Positions 28,107 through 38,800 of a stretch of 64,000 nt of DNA are shown in pieces; position 1 is the stretch's first letter, and the number at the start of each line of letters is the position of its first letter. Position numbers and translations under genes: made by a program. A model generated the notes under the pieces. The model worked only from the letters and a program-made list of their open reading frames with translations. It ran no database searches and was not told where the DNA came from. This stretch comes from Planctomycetota bacterium (GTDB taxonomy: Bacteria > Planctomycetota > UBA8108 > SXIK01), in the NCBI GenBank assembly GCA_965223265.1, contig OZ244999.1, forward strand, positions 8,096,001 through 8,160,000. The letters run 5' to 3'.

Positions 28107-31028
28107 ATGACGGCGAAGAACCGCACCTCTCGGTGGATTACACGATGCCTGCGTCATGCGGGCTTCGTCGTTGGCGCGCAGCTGAGTGCGCTGCGTCCGA
28201 AAGCGAGGAGCAAGGCGCAAAGCCAACGCGTCGCGTGGCGCGATCGCCGGTCACTTCATCGCCATCGTGTCGACAATCGGTCACTCGCGCAGACCGTGGC
28301 TCTCACACGAGTGTGCGCTGCGGTCTGGGCATTGAGCTGCGCCTGCGGCGCGGCCTGGCCGGCGCCTTCGGGCGACTCCAGGAAGAACACTTTCTCGCCT
28401 CCCGAGGAGTGTGGTAAGTGCCACCCCCAACACTACCGCGAGTGGCGTAGCTCGGCGCACGCTTACGCCACCGTCGACCCGATTTTTCAGGCGTGTTTGC
28501 GTAACGGGCAAAAAGTCACCGGTGGGCGTGTGGGCAAGCTGTGCCTCGGTTGCCACGCCCCCCTCGGTGTGGAGACGGGAGAGCTGCGTGCGGGGCTCGA
28601 CGGATTGAAAGGAGCCTCGGCTGTGGCGAAGGCGGGGGTTTCGTGTGAGGTTTGCCACCGTCTCGAGGTCGACCACGGACGCGAGCACGTCGGCAACGCT
28701 AGCTTTCGCTTGCGCGACGCCCGCGAGAAGGTCGTCCTTGGACGATTGGTCGACCCTGTTTCGACGCCAGCGCACAAGTCGGTCAAGAGCGAAGGCCTCG
28801 GGGAAAGCGAGTTCTGCGGCAGCTGTCATGACGTGATCCAGCATGGCCGTCCGCTCGAGAAGAGTTTCGCGGAGTGGTCGGAGTCGATCTATCGAACGCA
28901 GCGCCGCACCCGGTGCCAAGACTGCCATATGGTGCGCTACAGCGGCCAAGCTGCCGTGGGTGGTCCCTACCGTGAGGGTTTGCGTCGCCACAACTTTCCG
29001 GCGGCTACAGTGCCGCTCATACCGTTTCCCAACCGAGGTTATCAAGAGGAGCAGGTGCGAGCGATTCTCCGCACTGCAGCTCGCCTGACGGTTGCGGTGC
29101 CGCGGCAGGTCGCTGCGGGCTCTGCGCTCGAGATTCGCGTCGACGTCAAGAACAGCGGCGCCGGCCACAACCTGCCGTCCGGGCTGTCGACCTTTCGCCA
29201 AATGTGGCTAGAGGTCACCGTCAAGGACGACCGTGACGCGCTTGTGTTCGCTTCGGGGCACCTCGATGCGCTCGGAGACCTCATGGATGAGCACAGCGAG
29301 GTGGCGCCGCACGGCGACCCGCATCTCGTGACCTACACCGACAAGTTCGTCGATCGCGACGGCAACGAGGTGAGTTTCTTTTTCGAGGCCGATCGTGTCA
29401 TCGAAAGATCGCTGAAGCCACTCGAAGAGCGGACGTCGAGATACCACGCAGCTGTGGCGCCAGACTTGCTGGGTCGCCGGCTACGTCTCCGCGTGCGGCT
29501 CCTGTTCCGTCCGTATCCGCCCCACGGGCTCAGATTCCTCGGGCTCGACGAGCTTGTAGAGCGCTTGCCGATTTGGGTCATGGATAGTTACGTGAGCGAG
29601 GGAATCGAGGTCGTGCGCACGGTCAACCGCTCGAGGCGGCACGAAGTCCCGAAAGACTTCGCGCAGATCCAAGCGGCAATCGACGCGGCGATCGACGGTG
29701 ACGAGATCGTGGTCGCACCGGGTCGTTATGTTTTGCCCTCGCCGATCGATTTTCGCGGCAAGGGCGTGCGCGTTGCCAGCCTGCGAGGACCGCATCGAAC
29801 CATCCTTGAGCTGCATCCCGAGGCGGCGCGCACCGACCGTGCTAGCGTCGCTCTCTTTCAAAGCGGCGAAGGGCCAGAGGCGCAGCTCGTTGGTTTCACG
29901 CTCCGCGGCGGGCGCGGAACGGCCATTCACGGCGAACGTGACCGGGTTTCAGGTCGGCGTCACGGCGGTGGGGTTTTCATCGATCGATCGGCGCCTGTGA
30001 TCGAGCGCAACCGCATCCTCCTGTGCGGCGTGACGGATGGGTTTGGTGGCGGCATCGCTAGCTTCGATGGTAGTCCCAAGATTCTCAACAACGTCATCGA
30101 ATCGTGCTGGGCGGAGCGCGGCGGCGGTGTAGCGATCGTCTCCGGAGCCGGCGAGGGTGCGGCGCGGTTCGTTGGCAATCGATGCGACGGCAACTTCGCC
30201 GTCTTCGGTGGCGGCCTTCTCGTTGCGGGGGGTCGGTCTGTTAGGGTCATCCAAGTTCTTCTCGCCGGCAACCGAGCTCGCGAGGCTGGCGGCGGCGTCC
30301 ACGTCGATGGTGGCGTCAGCTTGCGTCTCTCCGGCGCGACGCTGGTGCGCAACGAGGCGGAGCTCGCGGGTGACATCTCCGTTGCAGCGGGCGCGTCGGC
30401 TGCAGTCGATAGCTCGATCGTGTGGGAGAACGAGCCGCGCGGCAGCACCGCGACGTTTCGTTTTAGCGTCACGGACGTCGGCCAGGCGCAGGCGGATGCT
30501 TCCAATCGTGTGGAGGTACCCCTTTTCCGTGACCCGAGCGGCGCGTGGGAGAGCCGCGGGCGGGTGCCTCTTGAGCTGCCCGCAGCAGCCGGACCGCTCG
30601 CCAGCATGGTGTGGGTCGGCGGCGACTACCGTCTCGCGGACGGTTCGCCCGCGATTGACGCCGGCGATCCGACGACACGGACGGATCCCGACGACTCGCG
30701 CGCCGACGCTGGCGCATTCTTTATGGAGAAACCGCTGAACGCTTTCATTCGCGGCGACGTCGATGGGGATGGACTCGTTGGCTGGAACGATGCGCTCGCC
30801 GTCTTCGCGATGGTCGCGGATCGCCAAAGTCCTCGCTGTGCGGACGCTGCCGACGTCGACGATGACGGCGACGTCGACGACATGGATCTTCTTCACGCTG
30901 TAATGTACTTGCGCGGAGGCTGGGTCCCGCCTTCTGCGCCTTTTCCGGAGTGTGGACTCGACCCGACATTCGGAGAGGGGCTTGGCTGTAGCGAGAAAGG
31001 CACGACGTGTCTCGACGCGCCGCGTTGA
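28107..31028 (+). CDS. Secreted pentaheme cytochrome c fused to a right-handed beta-helix and a C-terminal dockerin-like domain
   Basis: CxxCH x5 (CGKCH, CLGCH, CEVCH, CGSCH, CQDCH); IQAAIDAA..GDEIVVAPGRY and GGG(I/V) beta-helix repeats; FIRGDVDGDG tail. True start probably GTG ~28296-28311. Confidence 0.88.
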   Translation: MTAKNRTSRWITRCLRHAGFVVGAQLSALRPKARSKAQSQRVAWRDRRSLHRHRVDNRSLAQTVALTRVCAAVWALSCACGAAWPAPSGDSRKNTFSPPEECGKCHPQHYREWRSSAHAYATVDPIFQACLRNGQKVTGGRVGKLCLGCHAPLGVETGELRAGLDGLKGASAVAKAGVSCEVCHRLEVDHGREHVGNASFRLRDAREKVVLGRLVDPVSTPAHKSVKSEGLGESEFCGSCHDVIQHGRPLEKSFAEWSESIYRTQRRTRCQDCHMVRYSGQAAVGGPYREGLRRHNFPAATVPLIPFPNRGYQEEQVRAILRTAARLTVAVPRQVAAGSALEIRVDVKNSGAGHNLPSGLSTFRQMWLEVTVKDDRDALVFASGHLDALGDLMDEHSEVAPHGDPHLVTYTDKFVDRDGNEVSFFFEADRVIERSLKPLEERTSRYHAAVAPDLLGRRLRLRVRLLFRPYPPHGLRFLGLDELVERLPIWVMDSYVSEGIEVVRTVNRSRRHEVPKDFAQIQAAIDAAIDGDEIVVAPGRYVLPSPIDFRGKGVRVASLRGPHRTILELHPEAARTDRASVALFQSGEGPEAQLVGFTLRGGRGTAIHGERDRVSGRRHGGGVFIDRSAPVIERNRILLCGVTDGFGGGIASFDGSPKILNNVIESCWAERGGGVAIVSGAGEGAARFVGNRCDGNFAVFGGGLLVAGGRSVRVIQVLLAGNRAREAGGGVHVDGGVSLRLSGATLVRNEAELAGDISVAAGASAAVDSSIVWENEPRGSTATFRFSVTDVGQAQADASNRVEVPLFRDPSGAWESRGRVPLELPAAAGPLASMVWVGGDYRLADGSPAIDAGDPTTRTDPDDSRADAGAFFMEKPLNAFIRGDVDGDGLVGWNDALAVFAMVADRQSPRCADAADVDDDGDVDDMDLLHAVMYLRGGWVPPSAPFPECGLDPTFGEGLGCSEKGTTCLDAPR

Positions 31029-31305
31029 GCTGCGCCGCTGGATGCGAGTTGCGTTTGTCGCGTCGGGCCGGCGATTGAGCAGGTGGACGGAGTTGAGTGG
31101 ACGTTATAGGATGGTGATAGGATGTTCGGTGCGGCATGCGCGCCGGCAAAGTGGCTAGTTTCACTCGCGGATGCGGCCGAGGCGCGATAGCCTAAGGGGA
31201 GACAAGAGTGCCCTTGCCGTGATTCCGCGCCGGAATCCTGCGACGTGCAGTCCGCACGAGAATCGACGTTTCTCCAGCCGCGCGGCAGGCAGTTAGGATG
31301 CTGAT

Positions 31306-32049
31306 ATGGTCAAACAACGAATCGTTCGCCTGATCCTTGCCGCGTTCACGCTTGCCTGTCTCGATTCGCCGGTCGTCGCTGATCTCGATCGGGACGAGCT
31401 CAACGAGAAGGAGGAGGCCGAAGCCAAGCCGGAGCTCGGCGGCATCGGCGGCAGCGACGACGCCACGGATCAGTACGAGAATCTCGCCCGCCGCGGCGAG
31501 AAGAACTTACGTGAGATCAACCGACTTCTCGAAGAGATCCAAAACAACCTCGGAGAGCGCAACACGGGCCAGCAGACGCAAGAGAAGCAGAAGCAGGCTG
31601 TCCAGCGTCTCGAGAAGCTGATTCAGGAATTGGCCGAGGCGGCGAAGGCATCGAAAGGCGCTGGGTCACAGTCCCAGCAGCCGAAGCCTCAGCAGCCATC
31701 CGAAGGCGAAGAGAACAAGCAGCAGCAACGGCGCCAGCAACAGGAGTCGATGCAGAACCAGCGGCAGAATTCCGAGAAGAAGATGTCGCCCGAGAAGCAG
31801 CCGAACGGCGAGCAAGAGCAGAACGATCAGGAAGATCGCCACACCGGGCAGCGCCGTGAGGCCACGCAGGACGATGTCGATGCGGACGCCTCCGCAGACC
31901 GACCGCGTCATACCCAGCGGTGGGGTAGTCTGCCCTCCAAAGTCATGGAAGCGCTCTCCTCGAGCGACAAGGAACCCCCGGCGCAGTATCGTGAGATCAT
32001 CGCGCGCTACTACACGAAGTTGAGCGATCACTACTCCGGTCGTCGCTAG
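31306..32049 (+). CDS. Secreted Gln/Glu-rich hypothetical protein
   Basis: Signal peptide; coiled coil; Q-rich linker; C-terminal WGSLP...PPAQYREIIARYY motif of a kind I associate with planctomycete proteins. Confidence 0.8.
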   Translation: MVKQRIVRLILAAFTLACLDSPVVADLDRDELNEKEEAEAKPELGGIGGSDDATDQYENLARRGEKNLREINRLLEEIQNNLGERNTGQQTQEKQKQAVQRLEKLIQELAEAAKASKGAGSQSQQPKPQQPSEGEENKQQQRRQQQESMQNQRQNSEKKMSPEKQPNGEQEQNDQEDRHTGQRREATQDDVDADASADRPRHTQRWGSLPSKVMEALSSSDKEPPAQYREIIARYYTKLSDHYSGRR

Positions 32050-33176
32050 CCTGTGAACCGACGCGCGGCGAGAAAGTCAAAGCCTTGCGGCGGGCTACCG
32101 TCGCTCGCGAGTTCAGCCAGCGCCTCGCCGAGCGCTGGCGTGAACTTGAAGCCGTGGCCAGAGAGACCGGCCGCGAACGCGATGCGGCGCGACGTGGGAT
32201 GGCGGTCGACGATGAAGTCGGTGTCGGGCGACGTGGTATACAGGCAGATCGAGAAATTGCGCAGCTGCTTTGTGACGCCGGGCAAGTAGCGAGAGGCGAA
32301 CTCTTCAACCGGTTCCCGATCGCTCGCACGCAACTGGCGATCGACGGCGAGCGGGTCGTCCACAGGATCGACTCCGGTGTGCTCAGCGAGTTTGATCGTC
32401 GCTGCGTCGGTCGACGGGAAACCGTAGAAGAAGTGTTCGTCGATCTCGTAGCAAAACGCGGGCATCCCTGCGGCGGATGCATGAAGAGGGTTCTTTGTCT
32501 CGTACCAGAGGAGCGGCTTGCGCTGGACCTCAAGCGGGATGCGAAGATCGTGCAGGACTTGACTGGACCACGCCCCGGCGGCCACGACGAGGCTCTTGGC
32601 TTTGAAGTGGCGCGCTGTCGTGCTCACCGTCACCCAGTCCCCTTCCACGGCCCAGCTTTCGACGCTTTCGCCGATGGCCAGTTCGGCGCCGCGCGCTCGA
32701 GCCGCTTCCACGTGCGCGTTGACGCATGCCTCGACGTGGAGAAAACCTGCCTCAGGCTCAAACAGAGCGGTTTGCTGGTCGTCGACGTGCAGCCCCGGAA
32801 ATCGGCGTCGCACGTCTGCCGCATTGAGTTCTTCGATGTTGATGGAGTACTTGGCGGCGGCCTTGGAGACTCCCTGGAGCACACTTCCCCCCTCGTTGCC
32901 GACGTAAACGAGCCCGGCGGGAACGAAAAGCTGTGTGCCGCAATCGGATTCGAGCTCCTTCCACAGCTCGTAGCTTCGCTGCGCCAGAGGAACGTAGTTG
33001 GGGTTCTCCAAGTAGGCTTGACGGATGATGCGCGTCTCGCCGTGCGAGCTGCCGCGGTCGTGGCCAACCGGAAACCTGTCGATGCCGAGGACGCTGGCGC
33101 CTCGCGCCGCAAGGTGGAAAAGGGCGGCGCTGCCGACCCCTCCGACGCCAACAACGATGGCATCGTAAGCTTCCAT
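32046..33176 (-). CDS. solA: N-methyl-L-tryptophan oxidase / monomeric sarcosine oxidase family
   Basis: GVGGVG FAD motif, GSSHGETRIIRQAY, CLYT (covalent FAD Cys), GLSGHGFKF. Confidence 0.93.
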   Translation of the reverse strand: MEAYDAIVVGVGGVGSAALFHLAARGASVLGIDRFPVGHDRGSSHGETRIIRQAYLENPNYVPLAQRSYELWKELESDCGTQLFVPAGLVYVGNEGGSVLQGVSKAAAKYSINIEELNAADVRRRFPGLHVDDQQTALFEPEAGFLHVEACVNAHVEAARARGAELAIGESVESWAVEGDWVTVSTTARHFKAKSLVVAAGAWSSQVLHDLRIPLEVQRKPLLWYETKNPLHASAAGMPAFCYEIDEHFFYGFPSTDAATIKLAEHTGVDPVDDPLAVDRQLRASDREPVEEFASRYLPGVTKQLRNFSICLYTTSPDTDFIVDRHPTSRRIAFAAGLSGHGFKFTPALGEALAELASDGSPPQGFDFLAARRFTG

Positions 33177-33445
33177 GTTGAACCTTCATTTCTCAGTAGT
33201 CGTGCGACAATGTCGACGTCAGCGCGGCGACACTTCCGCCGCGGTCAGGGAAGCCGTATCCTAACCTGAATCGCCGTACCCCCCAAAGGTCTCAGCATCG
33301 GAGCCCGAGTCGTGATCGGCCACCTCCGTTCACCTCTTCAGCGCTGTCGACGACGTGACGGGAAGTTCCGGTGATACAGTGAAAACCGGCGTGCCCGCAA
33401 ACCGTGACGGCGAGGGGATCGTTTGGCGACGACGGTCTTGAGCGA

Positions 33446-34054
33446 ATGAGACGGAGACAACGCATCTTTGTTCGAGCGATCATGACTCTCGGGTGTGCGT
33501 TGATGGCCGTGCTCTTGTGGCTCGGGTGGGATGATCTCTTGGGCTTTTACTACCTTTCCGCACTACGTACGGATTCAGCCCGACTCGAAAGATACGTCGC
33601 CGGCGCTACGCATGGCTCGCCGCAGGAGTGGGCCATCGACGAATATCTCAAGTCCCGCGGCGGCAAAGAGGCTCTGTTTGCTTCGTTCGTTCGCCACCTC
33701 ACCGAGGAGGTCGACTACACCGCGGACAGCCCCGCAACAGCGCTCAGCGTGTTCGATGGTGGCCGCGCTTGGTTCGACACGACTTACTCGGGTCGCAAGC
33801 TCGGCGTCGGTGGGACTTTTTGCGACCGCCACGAAGTGTTCACCGCGCTCGAGCGCTGGCTCGGGGCGCTGGAAGGTCAATCGTTTCGAGTCCCCGGGCT
33901 CGACGGGTTCGTCGTCGCCGTCGTCTCGAGAGAGAGAGCCGTGACGCTGTATCGCACGAGTGTCGCAGCCGATCGCCTCGGCAGTGTCGTCTTTAGCGGC
34001 GACGCAGAATACGTCTGTCGGGTCCTCCGTGACAAACGTGTCGACACGGATTAG
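33446..34054 (+). CDS. Hypothetical protein with N-terminal TM anchor
   Basis: Basic N-terminus plus TM helix; long ORF with coding-like composition. Confidence 0.65.
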   Translation: MRRRQRIFVRAIMTLGCALMAVLLWLGWDDLLGFYYLSALRTDSARLERYVAGATHGSPQEWAIDEYLKSRGGKEALFASFVRHLTEEVDYTADSPATALSVFDGGRAWFDTTYSGRKLGVGGTFCDRHEVFTALERWLGALEGQSFRVPGLDGFVVAVVSRERAVTLYRTSVAADRLGSVVFSGDAEYVCRVLRDKRVDTD

Positions 34055-34538
34055 TGAGATGTTCATCAATGGATCCGGCGACACGGGTATGGGGTCGACA
34101 TTTCTCGGTCGATTCCGCATCATGTACGCGTTCGGGTGGGGTTACAAAGCCCGAAGTCGTTGAGGAAAAAGTTGGACGCGGACGCAGTCCGTTCGAGGTT
34201 CTCGTTCGGCGCAAGGTTCGGAAGGGTGAAACGCAGGACAAGCAGTCCGGTCTCCGCCGGCTGCGTCGCGGCTTCGGCCACGACGGGCGCGGCGCCGACA
34301 AGTTTCGGCGCGTGACGCATCGCGGAGTGTCCGTGACAAGAGTTGTCGCTACCGCCCTAAGGACTGATTGTGAGCCTTTTGGCCGCATGAGTTGAATGCC
34401 GCGTTGTCGGTCAGCTGGAGAGTTGGCGCAACGCTGTAGGTGGTGTCCGCGGCTGCGGAGTGAACGTTCAATGGTGTTGGGACTGTACGAGCGTCAGAAA
34501 CTGGGCGGAAATGCTCCGTTTCGATTGACGACTCGGCG

Positions 34539-35753
34539 ATGGTGATTTGGGAGAAGATCGTGTTGAGGACAAGTCCGTCCGAGCTCTTGTGCCGAATTGT
34601 GAGAGCGGTGTCGATCCATCGTCGTTGGGGCCGCGAGATCAAGGCTTGCGTCGTGCCGGCAGCGGTCTGGATCATCGTTGCTGCTGCAACTGGTTGTTCG
34701 TCCACGCGGCAACTGACCGAGTCGGACCAGGCTCAGGCGCGTGGTCCGCTGCCCTACCACACGGGAATCTTTCTCGATACCGAGAAGCTCGGCTACCACC
34801 GACCGCCGGAACAGGACGAACTGGCGATTCAATACGTCGGCGATGATGCGCAGCTTCTCGAAGTCGTGCGTGCTGCGCTCGACGGTTCAGTCGTCACGCT
34901 TTGTGAAGTTCTCGACGCGAAGACGCGGTCAGAGGCGAGGCAGCAGGCGGAGGGTCTGGACCTTCTGGTCGCGATCGGGTTCGACAGCGCCCCCAACTTT
35001 TCGGAGTACGATCGCTCCGTCGGCTGGGGGGCACTCGAAGTCGCAACCTTCCTTTTTGGGGGGATCCCGTCTTGGTTCGTGCCGACGGTTCGCTACAGCA
35101 CACCCGCACGTCTTCGCGTTGAGGTGCTAGAACTTCACCAGCCGAAGGCAAAAACCTGGCTGCAAGGCGACGATGACGACGTGGAGTTCGACTGGCTCCA
35201 GGAAATCAGCTCCGCTGGCCAGCCCACAAGTTTGTGGGATAGGTCACGCCAGGGTCTTGATTATGCGCTGACGATCATCGCTCCACCGATGTTGGTCGTG
35301 CCAGGAGACCCGGATCACCTCAGCAATTCGCTCACCGAAGGCGTCAATGACGAGCTCGCGGGAACCGCCAGCGCAACGATCAAAGATCGAATTCTCCTAC
35401 ATGAATGGACGAGTCCGTTGTCGGTGGTGTTTCTTTCTCCGGACCCGAATGAGATCGTCGTCGGCGATACGATGGATCTGCGCTTGAGCGTGTCGGCGCG
35501 GGAGGGTGGGAGCTTGCGTGAGTTCAACGTGCTGCGCGTTTCGCCCAACGCTGACGACTTCGAGTGGCGCGCCACGTCGCGGCAGCTCGAAACGCTGAAC
35601 GCCGCGCTGGCAAAGCGGGTCGATCCAACCGCAGGGGTGAAAGTGCGTGTTCCTTTGCCGATTCCAGTAGTCGATGGCGGCAACCTGGTGAAGGTCCGCG
35701 TCGTTCACGAAAGTGGTGAGGACATAGTGCGAACCATGTTCTACGTCAAGTAG
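34539..35753 (+). CDS. Hypothetical lipoprotein
   Basis: Lipobox-like AATGC; internal hydrophobic segments; start uncertain and probably later. Confidence 0.75.
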   Translation: MVIWEKIVLRTSPSELLCRIVRAVSIHRRWGREIKACVVPAAVWIIVAAATGCSSTRQLTESDQAQARGPLPYHTGIFLDTEKLGYHRPPEQDELAIQYVGDDAQLLEVVRAALDGSVVTLCEVLDAKTRSEARQQAEGLDLLVAIGFDSAPNFSEYDRSVGWGALEVATFLFGGIPSWFVPTVRYSTPARLRVEVLELHQPKAKTWLQGDDDDVEFDWLQEISSAGQPTSLWDRSRQGLDYALTIIAPPMLVVPGDPDHLSNSLTEGVNDELAGTASATIKDRILLHEWTSPLSVVFLSPDPNEIVVGDTMDLRLSVSAREGGSLREFNVLRVSPNADDFEWRATSRQLETLNAALAKRVDPTAGVKVRVPLPIPVVDGGNLVKVRVVHESGEDIVRTMFYVK

Positions 35754-35876
35754 CGGACGGGCGCGATCGATGAGCGCTGAAGTTGAAACGCGCCCCGAGC
35801 GCGCCTTGTTGTCTGCTCGCTTGCGAGCGCCAGTCTACGAACATTTTTTCATCAGTCAGATAGCGGGGAGTGAGGA

Positions 35877-38800
35877 ATGAGGTTGGCACAGATCGGTGTT
35901 GGCACCGTCGCTCTTTTGTTCGCATTGTTGGCGCTTCCCGGTTGTAACTCTGGGCTTGGCGTGCTGCTCTACCTTCTTCTCGAGGACGACGATGACGACG
36001 ACGATGGCGGTGGTTCGACCGCGGTCGGCACGGCCGTTCTCGAGTTCATCGGCATCGATAACGCGCGTTCAGCGCCGCAAGAAACGGTACTTCGCGTTCG
36101 TCTGCGAAACGACGCTGGGCAGCCGACGGAAGTCCTGATCGAACAGCGTGAAGTCGGATCGACTGCGGATTTCACACCCATTTCGATCGTCGAGCCGTTT
36201 CCGGGCGCCCTGACCGATCCCGGCAAACTCGCGGCAGTCTCGACGACGCCGACGGGCGAGCTTCACAGCATCGGTTGGGATGCTTTGAACGATTTCGGCG
36301 ACAGCAATCAGCGTCGAGTTTTACTGCGGTTTTCGGGCGAGCTCGAGGCACCGGTCGAGGTGGAAGTCCTCGTGGGGAACGACGCCCCCGAACTTCGAGA
36401 TGTTACGTTTGAGCAGCTTCCGGGCGAGCCGGTCGTCGTTGGCGTCACTCTTGTCGATTCGGCGAGCGACCCCGTGAGCGTGCAGACGTCGTTTCAGCCC
36501 GGTGGCGGGACTGAACTCGATCCCGACGCGTATGAAGACGCGACGACGAGCGGCGAGACGATGGAGCTCGAGACCAGCGCCGAGGGCATGCGACACGAGT
36601 TCGAGTGGCAAGCTGGCCTAGATCTCGGTTTGGTCGATCGACCGGCGGCGATCCGACTCGTACCTGTCGATGTCGTCGACGGCGGCAGCGGACTCGAAGG
36701 TGACGAGGCCTTTGACGAACTCTTTCTCGACAACAACCTGGAGCCAAGTGCCGAGTTTGATCCTGGTGAGGTGAGCGCAAGCGGCGACACTCGACGCGGC
36801 GTATCACTGCCGGTTCTCGTGCGCGACCGTGAGGGCAATCCCGTTGATCTTTTCGTTCAGTGGGCGGGGGACGGTGATGACTTCCCGGAGCTGCCAGAGG
36901 CGCTGACGACGGACGCCGTACTTCGCGCCGCGGTTCTCGCTGATCCCGCAGAGAGGCGTGCTCTTCGCCTCGCGACGCTCAAGCCTTCGATTCTCCGTGG
37001 CGCCGTGGAAGCTGTGATTGATGACGATTCGGTTCTCGCCACTTGGATCAAGCGCGAGGCGGAGCTGCGCGGGCTTGTGGCGCTGGACTTTCTCGTCGGA
37101 CGAAACGCCGCGGTGGATCTTGCCGAGGGCGGAAGCGAGGAGCTTCGTATTTGCTCATACGACGCCGGTACTGGCCTGTTGACTTTCGAGCAGCCGTTGA
37201 ATGTCGCACTGCCGCCCGGCAGCGTCCTCACGATCGAACTCGGCGTCGCGACCGGGCTGCCGACGTCCGACGAGGGTGTTCCCCACGTGTTCGTTTGGGA
37301 CACCAGCGTGGACCTGCCTGGCGGCGGCGAAACCGCGTTTCGCGTCACGCCTTTCGACCGCACCGCGTCGATGGACGGAAGCGACGACTGCGGCCGTGTC
37401 TTCGTCACAGACGACACCACGGTCGTCGCGGGAGGACGTGGCGCTGCGACGCCGGGCGCGCCTGCGAAGTCAACGACCGGGCCGTTTCGTGTTGATGACG
37501 CGATGGTCGTGCCGACGGCGCCGGTCGATAGCGTCGTCGCCTTGCGCCGTAAAGATCTCGACGGTGATGGCTCGACCGACCTGGTGTTCGTCGCGGCCGG
37601 GTCGGACGCGATCGTCGCCAAGTTGCAGACGAAACCGGGGCGCTTTGACGAGCTTAGGCTGCCCGACGCAAACCTCAGATCACCGGCTGGACTAGCGGTG
37701 ATGGACTTCGACGGCAACGGCCTTGTCGACATCGCGGCGACGTCGATGGAGACGGCCAAGGTACTGCTCATCCGTCAACACGAGGGCAATGACTTCTTTT
37801 CGGACCGGGTGGTCCTCGACGCCGCAGACTCCTTGTCCGAGCCGCGTGGCCTCGCAGCCGCTGATGTTGACGGTGACGGCGGACTCGATCTGTTACTTCT
37901 TCACAGCCCCGAAGGAGGTTCGCAGCTTGTGGTTTTCCGCCAGGGCACACCCACGTCGAGTGGGTCCGAGTGTCTCGTTCCGGAGGAGGGTTACACGGCG
38001 TGCTTGTTTGCTACGCCGGAGGGAAGTGCTGACCTTGGCGTTTTCACGCATGCTGATTTGGATGGTGACGGTGACGTCGACGTCGCAGCCGCGGGCGGAG
38101 ACAGCATCGTGGTCTTTGTCGGGGACGGCGCCGGCTCGTTCGTCAGCTCTGTCGCAGTGACGGCGGCGGCGGCGGAGTTCACCGCGATCAACTGCGTCGA
38201 CGTCAATGCGGACGGAAGTCGAGACCTCGTTGTCATCAACGGTAGCCAGTTGGAAGTCTATCCGCAGCTGGCGAACGGCGACTATGACGCGAGCCCACTC
38301 GTGTTAGCCAGTGAACTCGAGAGCGATGGCGTGACCGGCGCCGAGAGGCTCGGCAGCGGCGACTTCGACAGCAACGGCGTCGTCGATTTTCTCGTGCTGC
38401 AGCGTGCCGCAGGTGGCTCAAGTGGCTCCATTCTCGCTCTTTTCGGCGACGACCTCGGTCTCTACTCAGGCTCGCCGTTGCCGCTCGCGGCTGACGGCAT
38501 CGCCGACGTTCAGTCCGAACCGGCAGCCGGTGCTCTCTCGATCGGCTCCATCGACCCTCGCCGCGAGCCAGGCGTCGTCGCAAGCCTTGGCAGCGGCCGT
38601 AGCCTCTTTCTCTTTCACGCCGCCGGTAGCGGTAGTTTTCGTGAGCCCGCTCAGGTTCTCTCCTCCGAGGATCCCGTCGGTGAGGCGCCTGTCGCCTTGG
38701 CGGCAGCCGACGTGATGGCCGATGGCCGGGTCGACCTGTTGACCGTAAGTCGGGAGTCGGGAGAGCTGACGATCTGGGACCAAAAGGCGATCGGCGATTT

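Noticed and set aside
33360-33410. GGGAAGTTCCGGTG...AAAACCGGCGTGCCCGCAAACCGTGA resembles the 5' core of a cobalamin riboswitch
   Set aside because: It has an extra insertion, no recognisable B12-box/3' half, and the downstream gene is not B12-related. An Infernal search against RF00174 would settle it.
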